The notes beneath the pieces were generated by a model, which worked only from the letters and a program-made list of their open reading frames with translations, was not told the DNA's origin and ran no database searches. The translations under genes were made by a program, and so were the position numbers. Below, piece after piece: positions 7,653-17,780 of a stretch of 64,000 nt of DNA (position 1 is its first letter; each line of letters opens with the position of its first letter). The stretch comes from Nitrosotalea sp. (GTDB taxonomy: Archaea > Thermoproteota > Nitrososphaeria > Nitrososphaerales > Nitrosopumilaceae). The stretch covers positions 73,853-137,852 of the forward strand of contig JAHEYD010000003.1 of assembly GCA_023251795.1 (NCBI GenBank). Direction: 5' to 3'.

Positions 7653-10173
7653 CGATAAGGTAGTAAAGTCATACGCTCAGTCGGAAGCATACCCATACGG
7701 GTATCATTTCCAATTGTATCTGTTGGCGATAGCCTTTAGGGAACCGAAGTTTCTTTCCTCGCATGAGTTCGTAGTAAAACCGAGCTACTTCGAAAGTGAA
7801 GAGTTCCGACATATAGCGAAGATTCTGCAGAATTATTTTAGCAGGTATGGTCGTGTCCCCGATTTGGACCTTGCTAGGGACGTGCTCCATCAATATTGCA
7901 TAGATAATAAGCTTTCAGAGAAAGCTAAAAAGCAGCTTGATTTGGCGTTGGAAGGAATCGCTGCTATTGACATAACTGAGGATATTGAATGGGTGAAGGA
8001 CCAAGCCATTCAGTTTGCTCAAGCGAAGTCCATGAAGCAAGCTTTGATCAAAGCGGTAAAATCAATAGACGACCCGAGTAAGTACGGCGAGATTCTTTCA
8101 GACATTGAAAGATCGCTTGAGATCGCGGCTCCTAGGACTTCAATCATAAAGTTTTCCGATGTTGCTCTTGATATTCCAACCCAACTTCGCGAACATTCGA
8201 TGTTTGCTGCTGGAAGAAGGATAAAAACCGGTCTCCCGACGCTCGATGATCATATGTTTGGAGGGGCGGCAGTCGGGAAAATTGGTGTGGTTATGAGTCC
8301 GTCTGGTTACGGTAAGCAAGTCGCTGATAACACACCTGTGCTTACTACAAACGGTTGGAAGAAGCACGGCGATCTTGTTGTTGGTGATTATGTTTTTGGG
8401 ATAAATGGTTTGCCAATTAAAGTTTTGGCGACTACTGAAAAAACCCCTTCAAATATTCGTGTTGAATTGGCCGATGGTTCCGTTATTTACTGCCATGAAA
8501 ATCATGAGTGGTTGATGTTTGATCGTTCTGCTTCTAGAAGGTGTTGGAGAGTCATTGAAACAAAGAAGATGTTGAACGCTAAGGGTAAAATATGGGACAA
8601 TCGGGCAAGATTTCAACTTCCAATCAAACCGGCCATATCTTTTGAAGATAAAGAATTGTTGTTAGAACCGTATGCTCTTGGCGTTTGGCTTGGTGATGGT
8701 ACAACAGGTAAGCCCGTTATTTCCCATGCAGAGTTCGACGTCGAACACATTATGGAAATTGAAAATAACTTTGGGTTCACAGTTTCTAATGAAAGTAAAC
8801 ACAAAGGTACTGGTGTCATGTATTCGTATTTCTCTGACGGATTCAGAGGAGCCCTTGGTAAAATTGGGGTTCTGAAAAACAAGCATATACCAGAAATATA
8901 CCTTCGAGCTAGCCTAGAACAAAGGCTTAGGCTGCTTGCCGGTATTATTGACACTGATGGATATGTTGAAAGGGACGGAAGAGAAAGAGTTACCATTGTG
9001 TCCACTGTTGGTGAATTGGCTGATAATATAGTTGAATTGGTTAGATCGTTTGGGTGGAGAGTAGAGCCGTTTTTGGTTGGTCCAAAGCTATCAACTTCTG
9101 GGATACAGGGCAGAAAGCAAATAGTAAGAATTTCATTTGTACCAGATATCCCGATCCCAACTAAGATACCGAGGAAGAAAATTTTTGGTTTAGGCAAGAA
9201 AAAAAGAGTGGGGGTGAGAAGTGTCGTTTATGATAATAGGGGGTATGTTGGTAACTGCATACAGGTAGATAGTGAAGACGGTATTTATTTAATCGGGAAG
9301 AATTTAATTCCCACCCATAATAGTCACTGTTTAACGTTCCTAGGGGCGAATGCAATTAGGCAGGGAGCGTCTGTTTTCCATTACGCTTTTGGAGACATGA
9401 ATGAGTGGGAAGTTCTTGTCCGATATGCCGCTAATTTTTCCGGTGTAAGTTCTAAGGATATTTTTCATGGGACTGGACCAGATTATGTCTCTGCTATTAC
9501 TGAGTGGCTAGGAAGCAAAACTCAGGGTGAGCTTATAATTTCGTGTCACCCTGCCGATACAATTACTTCTTCAATGTTGAGATCGCATATATCAATGACG
9601 ATAACAAAAACCGGGATACACCCGAGCGTTATTATTGTTGACTATGCCGACAACTTGTCTACCGGGATGCCTTACACCGTGAATTCTGCCGAGCGGTCTG
9701 CGCAAATGGGAATCGTTTATCAGCAATTGTTGAAGATAGCGTACCAATTTGACGCGGTGGTGTGGACGGGTTCGCAGGTTGGGAGAGATCACTGGTCTGA
9801 TGATGTGATTGATAACTCTGCGGTATCTTCTTCGGTTAAGAAAATTGAGCATGCTGACTATATTCTGACTTTGAACCAGACGAAAGAAGAGAACGCATTA
9901 GGGGAAGCTAGAATATACGAAGCTAAAATACGATTTGGTGAGGACAAAAACGTAATCCCAATTAGATTCGATAAAAGGATTTCCACTCTATCTGAGAGAA
10001 ACCCGTCGTCTGAGAAGACACTTAGAAGGAAGAAATCAATAGCTATTAGAACATCTGCAGATGAAGAGGAAGAGCCGGGCATCGAGGCCAAAGAAGTTGA
10101 ATTGACCCCGGAAGAGGATAAGAGGCGCAGGGGTTTGCAAAAGATTTTGAAGGAAAAGGGAGTGAAGGTGTAA
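7645..10173 (+). CDS. dnaB: DnaB/gp4-type replicative helicase interrupted by an intein
   Basis: The P-loop SPSGYGK|...|SHCLT is restored by removing 8317-9321. Downstream motifs IIVDYADNL and GSQVGR. Confidence 0.8.
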   Translation: MSDDKVVKSYAQSEAYPYGYHFQLYLLAIAFREPKFLSSHEFVVKPSYFESEEFRHIAKILQNYFSRYGRVPDLDLARDVLHQYCIDNKLSEKAKKQLDLALEGIAAIDITEDIEWVKDQAIQFAQAKSMKQALIKAVKSIDDPSKYGEILSDIERSLEIAAPRTSIIKFSDVALDIPTQLREHSMFAAGRRIKTGLPTLDDHMFGGAAVGKIGVVMSPSGYGKQVADNTPVLTTNGWKKHGDLVVGDYVFGINGLPIKVLATTEKTPSNIRVELADGSVIYCHENHEWLMFDRSASRRCWRVIETKKMLNAKGKIWDNRARFQLPIKPAISFEDKELLLEPYALGVWLGDGTTGKPVISHAEFDVEHIMEIENNFGFTVSNESKHKGTGVMYSYFSDGFRGALGKIGVLKNKHIPEIYLRASLEQRLRLLAGIIDTDGYVERDGRERVTIVSTVGELADNIVELVRSFGWRVEPFLVGPKLSTSGIQGRKQIVRISFVPDIPIPTKIPRKKIFGLGKKKRVGVRSVVYDNRGYVGNCIQVDSEDGIYLIGKNLIPTHNSHCLTFLGANAIRQGASVFHYAFGDMNEWEVLVRYAANFSGVSSKDIFHGTGPDYVSAITEWLGSKTQGELIISCHPADTITSSMLRSHISMTITKTGIHPSVIIVDYADNLSTGMPYTVNSAERSAQMGIVYQQLLKIAYQFDAVVWTGSQVGRDHWSDDVIDNSAVSSSVKKIEHADYILTLNQTKEENALGEARIYEAKIRFGEDKNVIPIRFDKRISTLSERNPSSEKTLRRKKSIAIRTSADEEEEPGIEAKEVELTPEEDKRRRGLQKILKEKGVKV
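8317..9321 (+). mobile_element. intein (335 aa) with LAGLIDADG homing-endonuclease domain, class 3 features
   Basis: No Cys/Ser/Thr at the N-junction (K|QVADNTPVL). HENHEW places W at block B position 12. GNCIQV supplies the block F Cys. IPTHN|S supplies the block G Thr and a +1 Ser. LAGLIDADG motifs are LGVWLGDGT and LLAGIIDTDGYV. Confidence 0.7.
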
Positions 10174-10174
10174 G

Positions 10175-11104
10175 ATGCAAGAATCAATAGAGCAATTATC
10201 GTTGGTTCTTGGGACAGTGAAATACGCTGATGGTTCTGATGAGCACAAGTTTAATTGCCCGTTTTGCGAAGCTAACGGACACGGGAAAGATAATAAGTGG
10301 CACTTGTACGTAAACCCTAAGAAGGAAAAATGGATATGTTTCAAGTGCGGCGAGCGTGGTTCGCTGGACCAGCTTCTTCAAAAGCTTGGTATTGAAAAGG
10401 GAGCCCCGGTCATAAATGACGATGAGTTCATGAAACTGGCGAAGCAGTTGGAGTTTGGCATTCACGATGAAGAGAAGCTTAATGATGTGAGCCCGAGTGA
10501 ATACCCATGCGAGGTTCGACCAGTTGAACCCGGATCGTCAGCATATAGGTATATGAAGTATGTCCGTGGGTACGAGTACAAAGAGTTTGCCGATTACAAG
10601 CTGGTGTATGGCGAGTTCATGTTTTCGAGCAGGATTTTCTTTCCGACTTTTGATATGGACGGGAAGCTTTGTTATTGGGTAGCCAGAAAAATTTTTAATG
10701 ACTCTGATAAAGTGGCGAAGTACGTGAACCCAAAAGCCGAGAAGCTTAATGTGTTTAACTTGAACAGGGTCAAGGGTGACCACATTATCATTTGTGAGGG
10801 CGTCTTGTCCGCTATGGCGGCAGGACCAGAAGCGGTAGCTATTTTCGGCAAGACAGCAACTAAGCAGCAAATTTGGTTGTTAAATTCAATAAAATTCGAT
10901 GAATACATAATAAGCCTCGACTCGGACGCCAGAAAAGAAGCTTTTAGTTTAGCTTCCGAGTTCATAAATCGTGGTAAGAAAGTTTCCTTAGTGGAGCTTC
11001 CGGAAAGGGAGGACCCGGATTCAGTTCGTAAGTCTTACAAGAAATATCTCGGTTTGAGAACTCCAATAACTGACTCGGAACTAATATTGGGAGGTTTATC
11101 ATGA
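10175..11104 (+). CDS. DNA primase (Zn-ribbon plus TOPRIM)
   Basis: CPFC...CFKCGERG zinc finger. TOPRIM motifs IIICEGVLSA and SLDSDARKEA. Confidence 0.75.
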   Translation: MQESIEQLSLVLGTVKYADGSDEHKFNCPFCEANGHGKDNKWHLYVNPKKEKWICFKCGERGSLDQLLQKLGIEKGAPVINDDEFMKLAKQLEFGIHDEEKLNDVSPSEYPCEVRPVEPGSSAYRYMKYVRGYEYKEFADYKLVYGEFMFSSRIFFPTFDMDGKLCYWVARKIFNDSDKVAKYVNPKAEKLNVFNLNRVKGDHIIICEGVLSAMAAGPEAVAIFGKTATKQQIWLLNSIKFDEYIISLDSDARKEAFSLASEFINRGKKVSLVELPEREDPDSVRKSYKKYLGLRTPITDSELILGGLS

Positions 11105-11466
11105 AAATTTTTAAGAAATTGGGTATTGCTATTCTATTGTTTGGTGTGGTATCTACTGCCAACGCGGCGGTCGCTAGGAACGACGATCTCTCGGTTCCTG
11201 TTTCTACTGTTAGAGCTTTGAGGATTTTACTCGGCCAAGAGTATGAAATGAACCATTCCCCACAGCCGCTAGTTCTTATTGATAGGTTGCTTGCTTTGGT
11301 GCCGTGCGGGCCGTTAAGTTCTGGTCGAACAAGGGTTCCTTGGAATCTTGCTGAATCAGTAACGGTGCATTTATCCTCGCCAAACATTATAGAAGAGGAT
11401 TGGAGAACCGCCCAATATAGGGACGATACGCTTCTTGAATTAAAAGATGCAGAATTTTGCCAATAA
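11101..11466 (+). CDS. secreted hypothetical protein
   Basis: Signal-peptide-like N-terminus MKIFKKLGIAILLFGVVSTANA. GGGAGG RBS. ATGA overlap. Confidence 0.5.
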   Translation: MKIFKKLGIAILLFGVVSTANAAVARNDDLSVPVSTVRALRILLGQEYEMNHSPQPLVLIDRLLALVPCGPLSSGRTRVPWNLAESVTVHLSSPNIIEEDWRTAQYRDDTLLELKDAEFCQ

Positions 11467-11477
11467 GTGAGGTAAAT

Positions 11478-11732
11478 ATGAATTTCTTAAATAAATACGC
11501 CGATTCGATAACAATACTTGTGTTCTTTGCATTTTTTGTGTTACAATTTCAGTTCGAAATGGTGATAGCTGCTAGGGTTGGGTTAACCGCCCTTGTTCTG
11601 TTAGTAATGGGAATAATTTATTCGCTGCTAATCATAAACGAGCAAATACAGTTATTAAGACGAGAAGTGAAGCGTCTGGAGCGAAATCTTACTGGAATAC
11701 CAGAAGGATTTGGTGATATAAATAGGGAGTAA
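11478..11732 (+). CDS. membrane protein
   Basis: Internal start MNFLNK after GAGG. Two hydrophobic helices. Confidence 0.45.
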   Translation: MNFLNKYADSITILVFFAFFVLQFQFEMVIAARVGLTALVLLVMGIIYSLLIINEQIQLLRREVKRLERNLTGIPEGFGDINRE

Positions 11733-11733
11733 T

Positions 11734-14442
11734 ATGGATTGGATATTTGATAAAAGTTGCGAGCGCTGCAACTTATGTAATTCAGCTAGGTCCGTTTGTG
11801 TCGGTAATCGAGGTAAAGAGGAGGGACCGAAGCTTATAATTATAGGCGAAGCTCCGGGAAAAGAAGAAGATGTAAGCGATACGCCGTTCATAGGAAAAGC
11901 TGCTCAGCTTCTTGATAGCCTGATGAAAAAAGCAGGTATTAACGAAGACGATGTTTTGTATACAAACGTAGTTCGGTGTTTCCCCCACGAGAACGGGATT
12001 ACTAAACAACCAACTGAAGAAGAAGTTGATGCTTGCATACCGTATTTGTATGCTGTTTTGTCGGAGATTTCTAAGGACGGAAGTTATCCGATGATAGTTG
12101 CTCTCGGGAATGTTGCGCTTGAAGCGCTTACCGGGTTGAGGAATATTACTAAAAACAGGGGCATAGAATTTAATTTAGTAGTAAGGGACGCATACAAAGA
12201 CGTTGAAGAATTTGCCAACTTGAAAAACTTTAAGGTTATTGGCACAATTCATCCGTCTGCAGTTTTGCGTGGTCAATCGGCTTACGAGCCAAAAATCATT
12301 ACTGACTTGGGAGTTGCATGGAAGAAGGCAACCGGTAATTTCAAGTCTGACTATGATAAGGATTATGTTTGGGTTGATGACCCGCTGATCTTCGAATTCT
12401 TCGTTGACGAAGCAATAAAGCAATATCAAGCTGGTGAAATAAAGTGGGTGGCTTACGACTTGGAGACAACCGGTCTTGGTGTTTATGACAAGTCACAGAA
12501 GACAGTTGCTTTCTCGATGTGTAAAGATCCGGGTAAAGCTTTAGTTATACCACTACACCACAAAGACTCTCCGTGGAAGGAAGAATCCTTCATAATGGAT
12601 AGAGTTTTGAAGGACCTAGGAAGACTTCTTTCGAGCGTTCCTGTTTGCGGTTGGAATTTATCGTTCGATATCAAATGGACTTGGGTTCATCTTGGTTTGG
12701 ATTTCTTCAAGGTTGGATTCGACGGCCTGTTATCAAGAAAATGGTTGAACCCGTCGAAAGAACAAAACAACGACTTGAATTCTGTTTCTGCTGATGAGTT
12801 GGGGTTTGTTGGCCACGGCAGGGAAATTTGGGCCGAAATAAATACGCTACCGAAAGAAATTCAGCATATGGGGAACGTCAGTAAGAACGTTCTTCTGAAA
12901 TATGCTGGTGGCGACGCGGATGCCACTTTCAGGCTGTGCAATTCATATTTCGAAAGTATGAATAGTGTTGATGGTAACTTTGAAAATTTTGATAATTTAA
13001 TCCTTCGTGGGCTTATACCGGTTTGTAAGATGGAATACAACGGAGTGTTCATAGACAGGGATATGAATTCGTATCTTATGGATGAATACCCGAGAACAAT
13101 GGAGCCGCATATACAAATAGTAGAAAATTCTGTATGGGGGTCGGCAACTAAGTCGTTTCTTGCCGCTCGGAAGAGTGGGGACGGAAAGCCTGCACCGTTG
13201 GCATTCAATTTAAAGTCTGACGTGACTCTTAGGAATTTGATCTACTCACAAATGGAACTTCCAGCGATAAATGAAAAGAAGACCGGTCCTTCGACTGATA
13301 GGGAAACGTTGGAAACGTTGTCGGAAGTCTGTAATAATAATGGGTGGGACGATAAGAAGAAAGTTCTGGAAAACATAAACGAATGGCGAGCCCTTAGTCA
13401 TACGTATTCCAACTTTATTAAGAACATGCCTGAGTACACCGCTGCTGACGGATTCTTCCATACTCAGTACAATATCATGGGAACAGAATCGGGGAGATTC
13501 TCTTCATACAAGCCGTCAATTCACGGACAACCGAAGGGGTCGAAAGCTAGATGGCAATTCATTTCTCGCTGGCCGCATGGGGTCCTGCTTTCTGCTGACA
13601 TGAGCCAAATGGAAATGAGAATTCTAGCGTCTCTATCCGGTGACGAATCATTAATAGCATCAATTTTATCCGGTGTAGATATTCACACTTCTAACGCTTC
13701 TAGAATGTTCAAAGTACCAATTGAGGAAGTTACTAAGAAGCAAAGAGATAAAGCGAAGAGAGCCGGATTCGGAGTCGTTTACGGTATCGGAGCGCAAACC
13801 TTGGCAGCTAGAATCGAAACCTCTGTTGAGGAATCGCAAGCTATCATCAACGCGTGGTATGACGCTTTCCCTAAAACGTGGGAATATCAAGAAAAAGAAT
13901 GGAAGACAGCAAAGAAATACGGATGTGTCATTACCGATTTTGGTAGAGTTAGATGGATTGACGGTATAAAAACCTCCAAGTGGGGTGACCGACAGTGGCG
14001 ACAGGCTATTAATAATAGAATCCAGAGCCAAGCTTCCGATGTTACTTATTCATCTTTGTTGGAAATCTATTTTGAAATTGAGAAGCAGAAATTGCAGTCG
14101 TTGTTGTTTGGTTTCGTTCATGATGCTATTATTGTTGACGTTTTCCCCGGAGAATTGTTGAAAATACTTGACGTGCAATACTCCAAAATGGTAAAATGGA
14201 CGAATGAGACGTTCGAATGGATGAAAGCCCCTGTCAGTGCGGATTTCGAAATTGGAGCATCATGGGGATTTCCATGTCCGATAAAGAATTGGGAAAACAA
14301 TAAAATTACGGTTACTGGAGAAGAAGCCGGTCTACTGTTATTAGCTTCTAAGCTTAGTGTTCCTCCTGACATAACTAAACTTGAGGATGGGACAATGGAA
14401 ATGAGGTTTGAATATGAAGAAGAAAATGAAGGAAATATGTAG
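11734..14442 (+). CDS. family-4 uracil-DNA glycosylase domain fused to family A DNA polymerase with 3'-5' exonuclease
   Basis: N-terminus has CERCNLC...GEAPGKEEDVSDTPFIGKAAQLL...VVRCFP (UDG4). YDLETTGL is ExoI. DMSQMEMRILA is motif A. RDKAKRAGFGVVYG is motif B. VHDAII is motif C. Confidence 0.85.
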   Translation: MDWIFDKSCERCNLCNSARSVCVGNRGKEEGPKLIIIGEAPGKEEDVSDTPFIGKAAQLLDSLMKKAGINEDDVLYTNVVRCFPHENGITKQPTEEEVDACIPYLYAVLSEISKDGSYPMIVALGNVALEALTGLRNITKNRGIEFNLVVRDAYKDVEEFANLKNFKVIGTIHPSAVLRGQSAYEPKIITDLGVAWKKATGNFKSDYDKDYVWVDDPLIFEFFVDEAIKQYQAGEIKWVAYDLETTGLGVYDKSQKTVAFSMCKDPGKALVIPLHHKDSPWKEESFIMDRVLKDLGRLLSSVPVCGWNLSFDIKWTWVHLGLDFFKVGFDGLLSRKWLNPSKEQNNDLNSVSADELGFVGHGREIWAEINTLPKEIQHMGNVSKNVLLKYAGGDADATFRLCNSYFESMNSVDGNFENFDNLILRGLIPVCKMEYNGVFIDRDMNSYLMDEYPRTMEPHIQIVENSVWGSATKSFLAARKSGDGKPAPLAFNLKSDVTLRNLIYSQMELPAINEKKTGPSTDRETLETLSEVCNNNGWDDKKKVLENINEWRALSHTYSNFIKNMPEYTAADGFFHTQYNIMGTESGRFSSYKPSIHGQPKGSKARWQFISRWPHGVLLSADMSQMEMRILASLSGDESLIASILSGVDIHTSNASRMFKVPIEEVTKKQRDKAKRAGFGVVYGIGAQTLAARIETSVEESQAIINAWYDAFPKTWEYQEKEWKTAKKYGCVITDFGRVRWIDGIKTSKWGDRQWRQAINNRIQSQASDVTYSSLLEIYFEIEKQKLQSLLFGFVHDAIIVDVFPGELLKILDVQYSKMVKWTNETFEWMKAPVSADFEIGASWGFPCPIKNWENNKITVTGEEAGLLLLASKLSVPPDITKLEDGTMEMRFEYEEENEGNM

Positions 14443-14614
14443 TTGGAGGCTTCCTTGGGGGAAGAAGAAAGTTTGCACTGACGGTGTGTTCCATCACCTA
14501 TTTGAAAAAGTCGATGGGCGCGGGTATAGGTGGAGAGAAATAGATTTCTCAAATGTTACCGCTACTGATATATTGGCCGTATATTACCAATCTATCGGGA
14601 AGTCTAATGTATGA
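14426..14614 (+). CDS. hypothetical small protein
   Basis: ORF 14408..14614. Start uncertain. Stop coupled to the next gene (ATGA). Confidence 0.35.
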   Translation: MKEICSWRLPWGKKKVCTDGVFHHLFEKVDGRGYRWREIDFSNVTATDILAVYYQSIGKSNV

Positions 14615-14976
14615 GGCCGGATAACACGAAATTTTTACGAGACAGAATTGCTAGGCTGAAGTTCCAACTTTACAAGATGGATGAAGAAGCCAAGAAGAAA
14701 CCTAATTTCTTCCATGCAATGGAAGTAACATCGTCCGACACGGCAATAATGTTGAAATACAGCGGGTGCTTAGATTATAAGAAGAAACACCAAATCCCTG
14801 ATGATATGTCGTGTTGCTCGTCATGTCATTGGGACTTTGAAAATAATTTTGGGGAATTAGTAGAAGTAGAAGAAGACGGGGTTCTATACCGCATTTGTTG
14901 TAAAGTTGATATGTATAGAAGGGTACTTGCAGAAGCTAAGGTTAGATATGGTAAAAAAGAAAACATCAGCCGTTGA
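14611..14976 (+). CDS. hypothetical Cys-rich protein
   Basis: ORF track. Confidence 0.45.
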   Translation: MRPDNTKFLRDRIARLKFQLYKMDEEAKKKPNFFHAMEVTSSDTAIMLKYSGCLDYKKKHQIPDDMSCCSSCHWDFENNFGELVEVEEDGVLYRICCKVDMYRRVLAEAKVRYGKKENISR

Positions 14977-15439
14977 AGATTTTTTCTTACATATATCCCA
15001 GACAGCGATTTTACCACCTAGGGTGACACAGTATTTACCTAGGATAGTGAATCTTGAGGATGAATTATCTAGTAACGACGATATAGACCATGTGTTACAC
15101 CATCACCCGGAAACATTTAGAGAGTTGATGGATATACAGTCAGCGATAAAGCTGCACTTATCATTAGAGGAGGCCGAATACAAGCAGAAATATGATAAAG
15201 CAATAGTCCTAGCAAAACAGTCCAGAATTGGCCAAAAGCTCACCGTTGCGGACGTGCAAGCGTTAGTATTCGAAGACGATCCTAGTTTGTCGTCATTACA
15301 CGCGAAAATTGAAGTCCTTAGAGTTCTGGTAGAGCACTTAAAAGAAGCGAGAAATCTGGCATTAATGCGCAAAGATATAGTCATTGAGAGATCAATTGAT
15401 CGTAGATCACTGAGAAAAGACGAAGCTAGCGCAATCTAA
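14948..15439 (+). CDS. hypothetical protein
   Basis: Internal start MVKKKTS of ORF 14906..15439. Confidence 0.4.
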   Translation: MVKKKTSAVEDFFLHISQTAILPPRVTQYLPRIVNLEDELSSNDDIDHVLHHHPETFRELMDIQSAIKLHLSLEEAEYKQKYDKAIVLAKQSRIGQKLTVADVQALVFEDDPSLSSLHAKIEVLRVLVEHLKEARNLALMRKDIVIERSIDRRSLRKDEASAI

Positions 15440-15457
15440 CTAAATGGGAGATAGAAA

Positions 15458-16615
15458 ATGAGTGCATTTCGTAGGCCGAATGTTGATGAGTTATTGAGGC
15501 TTGCTGAGCAAGCTGAGGAAGAGTCAAAAAGCCGTAATGATGGTGATTTAAGGTTTTCGAAGTTAGAAGTTGGTAGGAATCGTTTCGTAGTTTGCCCCCC
15601 TTACAATGAGCACGGGTTTTACGTCAAGAAAGAGTACGTTCACTGGAACATAGGTGAAGGCAAGGCCATTTGTCCGGAGCTTACTCACCCGGCCCGTGGG
15701 CACAAGTGCCCGGTTTGCACGGTTATCAGAATGCTCGTAGAAAATAGCATTTCTGATGATATGCTTAAAGAATACAAGGCACGTGCTCAGGCTTACATGA
15801 ATGTCCTTCTGATTGAAGTAGGTAACCAAGAGGTTAATCTTTCCGAGACCCCTTGGATGCCTCACATTTTGCGTGGCCCTGCTTCTCTTGGTGACTTCAT
15901 CAACCGTGGTTACAAGGATTACCCGGATTTTGCTGACCCGGCGCAGGCCATAGTAATTTCGGTGAAGAAGATCGAAAAGTCTGTTAAGGGTAAGAAGAAC
16001 ACTTCCTACGAGATTACTTGGACACCGGAAAGGTGTGCTATTTCCGATTCCGACGAGGAAGCAGAGAAGATTTCTGCTGGAATTTACGACCTTGATAAGA
16101 TAATTGGTCGTTGGAAAGAGGAAACTTGGAAGGAATCAGTAGCCAAGGCAAATGAGTTGCTTGGGACGTTTAACTTCGATGAACTTGAAGTTGATTTCTT
16201 CGAGTCAGAATGTCCGTCGCCCGTAGACGGTGAGGAACCGGAAGAGAAAGCGGCGAAGAAGCTGACGACCGTTAAGCCCTCAATTTCTTCGGCTAAGCCG
16301 ACCAAGAAGATAATAAAGCAGGAGGAGGAGAGTTCTGAAGAAGAGGCTCCTGCCCCCGCTGCTGCTCCTGCTCCAACCAAGAAGACAGTGAGACCTTCAC
16401 TCCCAAAAGCATTAGCCGCTGAGGCTCCGGTAAAGAAGCTTGCAGCGGCCCCGTTGAAGAAGTCGGTAGAAGCTTCAATAGTTAGAACTCCTGTCCGTGA
16501 ACTTGGTGGAGAACAGCCTGATTGCTACGGCCATCAAGATTCCACTGACAAAGCATGTGGGGAGTGTAAGATGATAACTACTTGCGTTGTAGAAACATTG
16601 AAGCGTAGAATATGA
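15458..16615 (+). CDS. gp32-like single-stranded DNA-binding protein
   Basis: The order LRFSKL...RFVV..P, C-x6-H-x6-CPVC zinc site and AYMNVLLIEV parallels T4 gp32. Acidic/Ala-Pro-Lys low-complexity tail. Adjacent to a RecA-like gene. Confidence 0.55.
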   Translation: MSAFRRPNVDELLRLAEQAEEESKSRNDGDLRFSKLEVGRNRFVVCPPYNEHGFYVKKEYVHWNIGEGKAICPELTHPARGHKCPVCTVIRMLVENSISDDMLKEYKARAQAYMNVLLIEVGNQEVNLSETPWMPHILRGPASLGDFINRGYKDYPDFADPAQAIVISVKKIEKSVKGKKNTSYEITWTPERCAISDSDEEAEKISAGIYDLDKIIGRWKEETWKESVAKANELLGTFNFDELEVDFFESECPSPVDGEEPEEKAAKKLTTVKPSISSAKPTKKIIKQEEESSEEEAPAPAAAPAPTKKTVRPSLPKALAAEAPVKKLAAAPLKKSVEASIVRTPVRELGGEQPDCYGHQDSTDKACGECKMITTCVVETLKRRI

Positions 16616-17646
16616 TAAAAAAGTCCAAAGGGGAAATGAGAGAGTTAGTTGATAAAGCCAATGAGGCTTTGAAATCTTCTGTTGTCTCTCTTGGTGTTGA
16701 TCCTTTGGATTCCGACGTAGAGTTTTGGATACCCACAGGATGGTCACTGCTAGATAGGGCTATTGGCGGTGGTTTTCCTGTGGGCCGCACTGTTGAACTT
16801 TACGGTAAGGAATCATCTGGTAAATCGACGCTTTCTGTTCATGCTATGGTGAATTGCCAGAAAATGGGTGGTCATGTGGTGTTGTATGACCCGGAAGCAA
16901 CTTTCAACAAAGCCCTTGCCAGTCACCTTGGGGTTGATCTGTCGAAGCTGATTGTTATAAACCAAAAAGTACCTCTTGAAGACATATTTAACTGTTTCGT
17001 AAAAATGTTAGAAGCCGTCCGTGAAACCTCTTCCGAAGCACCAATTCTTTTAGTGTGGGACACGCTTGCCGCGACACCCACGAAGAAGGAAATTGAAGAG
17101 CAAGAAGATGGTGGAAGAATGGGTGGTCAGTACCGTGCGCAAATAGTTCGTCGTGGTATGAGATCAATAACTCAGATAGTGTCTGAAATGAATGCCTGTT
17201 TGCTTGTATTGAATCACGTTTATGATTCTATGGGCATGGGTGGTATGGTAATAACCGAAACACCGGGTGGTCGTGGTGTTAAGTTCCATTCTTCAGTAAG
17301 GGTACATTTAAAGACTATGGGTTGGATTCGTGATAAAGAAGACTCTGACCCAATGGGAGTGAAAATTCTTGCTAGGATAGAGAAGAATAAGCTCGCTTCG
17401 CCTAGAAAAGAAGTGGAAACGAGGATTATTTTCGGCCAAGGATTCGACAATCTCTATTCTTTGTTTAGTTATGCAGTCGAGCATGGCATAGTTAGGCGTT
17501 CCGGCTCGTGGTATATATCAACGGTCGGTGACAAAGAGATAAAGTTCTATGCTACGAATTTGAAGAAAATTTCTGACGAGAACCCAGAGTTTCTCCCCGA
17601 TCTGGAACAAAAAGTTTTTGAACATTTTGATAGGGAAAACACATGA
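16612..17646 (+). CDS. RecA/UvsX-family recombinase
   Basis: ELYGKESSGKSTL Walker A. LLVWDTLAA Walker B-like. RecA-like loop order. Confidence 0.8.
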   Translation: MIKKSKGEMRELVDKANEALKSSVVSLGVDPLDSDVEFWIPTGWSLLDRAIGGGFPVGRTVELYGKESSGKSTLSVHAMVNCQKMGGHVVLYDPEATFNKALASHLGVDLSKLIVINQKVPLEDIFNCFVKMLEAVRETSSEAPILLVWDTLAATPTKKEIEEQEDGGRMGGQYRAQIVRRGMRSITQIVSEMNACLLVLNHVYDSMGMGGMVITETPGGRGVKFHSSVRVHLKTMGWIRDKEDSDPMGVKILARIEKNKLASPRKEVETRIIFGQGFDNLYSLFSYAVEHGIVRRSGSWYISTVGDKEIKFYATNLKKISDENPEFLPDLEQKVFEHFDRENT

Positions 17647-17780
17647 TAGTAGACATATGTTTGTCGATATCTGTTATAGCTCTTGCGATTGGTTACACGC
17701 GAGTTGTTTACTACATAAAGCATATAGAACACCATTTGAGGTATAATAGTGACACGTGGAGAGATTGGTGGGAAAGGTGA
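17643..17780 (+). CDS. small membrane protein (45 aa)
   Basis: Hand-translated MIVDICLSISVIALAIGYTRVVYY... ATGA overlap upstream and GTGA overlap downstream. Confidence 0.3.
   Translation: MIVDICLSISVIALAIGYTRVVYYIKHIEHHLRYNSDTWRDWWER

Noticed and set aside
8613-9197. 194-aa minus-strand ORF inside the DnaB intein
   Set aside because: The plus strand encodes recognisable LAGLIDADG motifs, and the minus frame has no motifs or RBS.
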